This document shows, piece after piece, positions 56,630-58,703 of a DNA stretch of 58,703 bases (positions are counted from its first letter, which is position 1; each line of letters opens with the position of its first letter). The notes under the pieces were generated by a model, which had not been told where the DNA came from, did no database searches, and saw only the letters and a list, made by a program, of their open reading frames with translations. Origin of the DNA: an uncultured Planctomycetales bacterium (GTDB taxonomy: Bacteria > Omnitrophota > Gorgyraeia > Zapsychrales > Aceulaceae); the NCBI GenBank assembly GCA_964486675.1, contig CAZAOD010000004.1:1-58703 (forward strand). Direction: 5' to 3'. Made by a program: the position numbers and the translations under genes.

Positions 56630-58168
56630 ATGGAATTTCGCAAGAAACCCTTCGCGTTCTTATTCTGTTTTTTGTCATCGGGTATCGTAATCGGATACGG
56701 CACACGTTGGCCCATCACTGGGGTGCTTGGGGCCTACGCGTTCTTTATTATCTTGAGCCTGGCGTTGTCTTATCGTTATCCGCGGGTGTCATTTCTTTTT
56801 CTCGCGGTTTCCTTTGTGGCGCTGGGGATGTTATTGTTCCAAGCGCGTGGACCTATGCCGCGCAAGGCCCGGCGCAACGACCTAAGATCTTATTACTATC
56901 GAACAGCCACTGTGCAGGGTGTCATTGTTTCCCATGTTCAGAAAAGAAAATTCTTAAGATCGGACAAATATGTTTTTATCCTTGATGTCTGGCGCGTCAA
57001 ACAAGATGGCGTGTGGCGTGAGCGTCGGGAGAAAGTATTGGCATCGGCCTTTGGGCCGCGGGATCTTTTTTATGGGGATGTGATCGAGGCAAGCGGTAAG
57101 CTTTATCCGCCGTTCAATTTTTCCAAGGATACGTTCTCCTACAAGGATCATCTCGCGCGTAAAGGGATCCACACCCTTTTGAGCGTGAAAGCCAAGGCTC
57201 CTGTTGTGATCTTAGCGCGGCGCAAAGGAGGCAGGGTCATGCAGGCCGCGATGTGGGTCAAGGAACGATGTAAAGATGTGTTCGTCCGTTATTTAACGGC
57301 CAATGAATCCGCGATCGCCCAAGCCATTTTGCTGGGGGATCGTTATTTGGTCCCTAAGGAGCTTAAAGCCCTTTTCGTGTCGACAGGCACAATGCATATC
57401 CTGGTCATCAGCGGCATGCATATCGGGGTCATGGCATTCTTGATATTGTTTTTATTCCAAGCGTTATCGATCAAGCGTAGCGTGCGTATCGTTTTGACGA
57501 TCCTTTCTTTGAGCTTTTACGCGTTGTTGACCGGAGCCCAGCCGCCGGTCTTGCGGGCCACCTTGATGGCGTGTGTTTTTCTTTGCGGGATGCTCTTGGA
57601 GCGTCAGGAAGACCATGTGAACTCCTTGGCCTTAGCGGGTGTTGTTTTGTTGTTGGTCAATCCATGGAATTTATTTGATGCTGGATTCCAACTTTCCTTT
57701 ATGAGCGTTCTTTCGATCCTTTGTTTTTATCCGCCGACCTATCGATTGGCCCGGCATGTTTTGCGCCTAAAGATCCTTACGCGCTGGGCGGATTTTTTTC
57801 TGCAGTCTCTGATTGTCTCTCTCGTTGTGTGGATCAGTATCGCGGGGATCATCGCGTATTATTTTCGCCTTGTAACACCTGTGACCGTGATCGCGAACGT
57901 TCTGCTGGTACCGCTGTTAGCTCCTATGATGATCTCTTGCGCGGGCCTTGTGATATCAGGGATCGCGGCGCCTTTGATCGCGCCGGCATTCGCGGCCTTG
58001 ACAAAAATCACTTTCAATACCATGGTCGCGATTGTATTATGGTTAAGCAAGGTGCCTTTTGGATCGATGCGCCTTCCTGTCTTTTGTCTGTGGCAGGCCA
58101 TTGGTTATAGCGTCGCGGGGATACTTTTCTTTATCCTGATAGGGCGGCTTGCCAAGCGCCTTACTTAA
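56630..58168 (+). CDS. comEC: ComEC/Rec2 family DNA internalisation channel (no metallo-beta-lactamase domain)
   Basis: Competence-domain block AILLGDRYLVPKELKALFVSTGTMHILVISGMHIG. Many TM helices. Start at ATG 56630, 1 nt after the comEA stop. Confidence 0.85.
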   Translation: MEFRKKPFAFLFCFLSSGIVIGYGTRWPITGVLGAYAFFIILSLALSYRYPRVSFLFLAVSFVALGMLLFQARGPMPRKARRNDLRSYYYRTATVQGVIVSHVQKRKFLRSDKYVFILDVWRVKQDGVWRERREKVLASAFGPRDLFYGDVIEASGKLYPPFNFSKDTFSYKDHLARKGIHTLLSVKAKAPVVILARRKGGRVMQAAMWVKERCKDVFVRYLTANESAIAQAILLGDRYLVPKELKALFVSTGTMHILVISGMHIGVMAFLILFLFQALSIKRSVRIVLTILSLSFYALLTGAQPPVLRATLMACVFLCGMLLERQEDHVNSLALAGVVLLLVNPWNLFDAGFQLSFMSVLSILCFYPPTYRLARHVLRLKILTRWADFFLQSLIVSLVVWISIAGIIAYYFRLVTPVTVIANVLLVPLLAPMMISCAGLVISGIAAPLIAPAFAALTKITFNTMVAIVLWLSKVPFGSMRLPVFCLWQAIGYSVAGILFFILIGRLAKRLT

Positions 58169-58196
58169 TGAACGTGATCATATTCAAGGAGAGAAA

Positions 58197-58703
58197 ATGA
58201 AGCAAAAATATTTTTATCTGTTGGCTGTGATCGGTTTTGTTGTTGCCGCGTCCATCAGCTATCGCGCAAGCGAGCGGGCCGCGGGTTTTCACGTATCAGG
58301 GTCTTCCTCTCAGGCCCTAAACCGTGCGCGAGAATTTTTTCCTCAAGCACAGTTCATCGCGTCCGCGGACAGCCCTGACCAGTGGATGTTATGCCTGGAT
58401 GAGGACAGAAAGCCTGCGGGCAAGATCCTTTTGACCAAACCGTTCGTCAATGAGCAAGGCTACAGCGGCGCTGTGCATTTGCTGATCGCCGCGGACCTAA
58501 AGGAAAAGATCCTCGGCGTTCAATTGATCGAGCACACGGAAACAGAGGATGTGATCCGTTTTTTAGATGAGAAAGAATTTTTTCGCGCCTGGAATGGTAT
58601 TTCGGTTCAGGAGGCTTTGCGCAAAGACGTGGACGCCGTATCGGGGGCGACGCTGACGACGCAGGCGATCACGCGCGCGCTTAAGAAACGCTTGGCTCTG
58701 CTT
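58197..58703 (+). CDS. FMN-binding domain protein (NosR/RnfG-type FMN_bind), 3' end outside the window
   Basis: Not in the track because there is no stop in the window. AAGGAGAG RBS. MKQKYFYLLAVIGFVVAAS signal anchor. Covalent-FMN motif VDAVSGATLTTQAI. Confidence 0.7.
   Translation, partial: MKQKYFYLLAVIGFVVAASISYRASERAAGFHVSGSSSQALNRAREFFPQAQFIASADSPDQWMLCLDEDRKPAGKILLTKPFVNEQGYSGAVHLLIAADLKEKILGVQLIEHTETEDVIRFLDEKEFFRAWNGISVQEALRKDVDAVSGATLTTQAITRALKKRLALL

Noticed and set aside
1-58703. Prophage, transposon, integron or defence island
   Set aside because: No integrase, transposase, reverse transcriptase, Cas or phage structural genes were recognisable. The only mobility-like signals are the short duplicated flanks around the hemerythrin and endoQ genes.

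Overview
About 58.7 kb of bacterial chromosome at roughly 45% GC. It is densely coded, mostly on the + strand, with many 4-bp ATGA start/stop overlaps, and the gene content suggests a diderm, probably uncultivated, lineage. I recognise about 57 protein genes. There are no rRNA or tRNA genes, no CRISPR array and no transposase or integrase that I could see by eye.

Core housekeeping genes dominate: Trbp111-like tRNA-binding protein, Lrp plus aminotransferase, YjbQ, NrnA, era, nnrE, nth, rpsU, purH, folC, mnmE, mnmG, thiE, leuS, comEA and comEC.

Embedded in this backbone are:
- a coherent beta-glucan/cellodextrin utilisation locus (24.2-39.7 kb): GH94 phosphorylase, a 961-aa outer-membrane protein, a CUT1-type ABC importer without an ATPase, a secreted clan GH-A hydrolase, a three-module repeat protein, a lipoprotein and LacI;
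- a Ddl-like ATP-grasp ligase plus lysine 2,3-aminomutase pair that can only be transcribed through an intrinsic terminator lying inside a 19-codon uORF;
- an ECF sigma / anti-sigma / Spy-like envelope stress module;
- an endonuclease Q plus short UvrD-like helicase pair, separated by a 620-bp repeat- and hairpin-rich noncoding gap;
- a hemerythrin gene followed by a relic copy of the leuS 3' end.

Compositional oddities are a strong excess of GATC, with GCGATCGC occurring at least 8 times, and a perfect 360-bp tandem coding duplication.

All functional calls come from motif and family recognition by eye; no database search was possible. Start codons are best guesses from RBS and overlap context.
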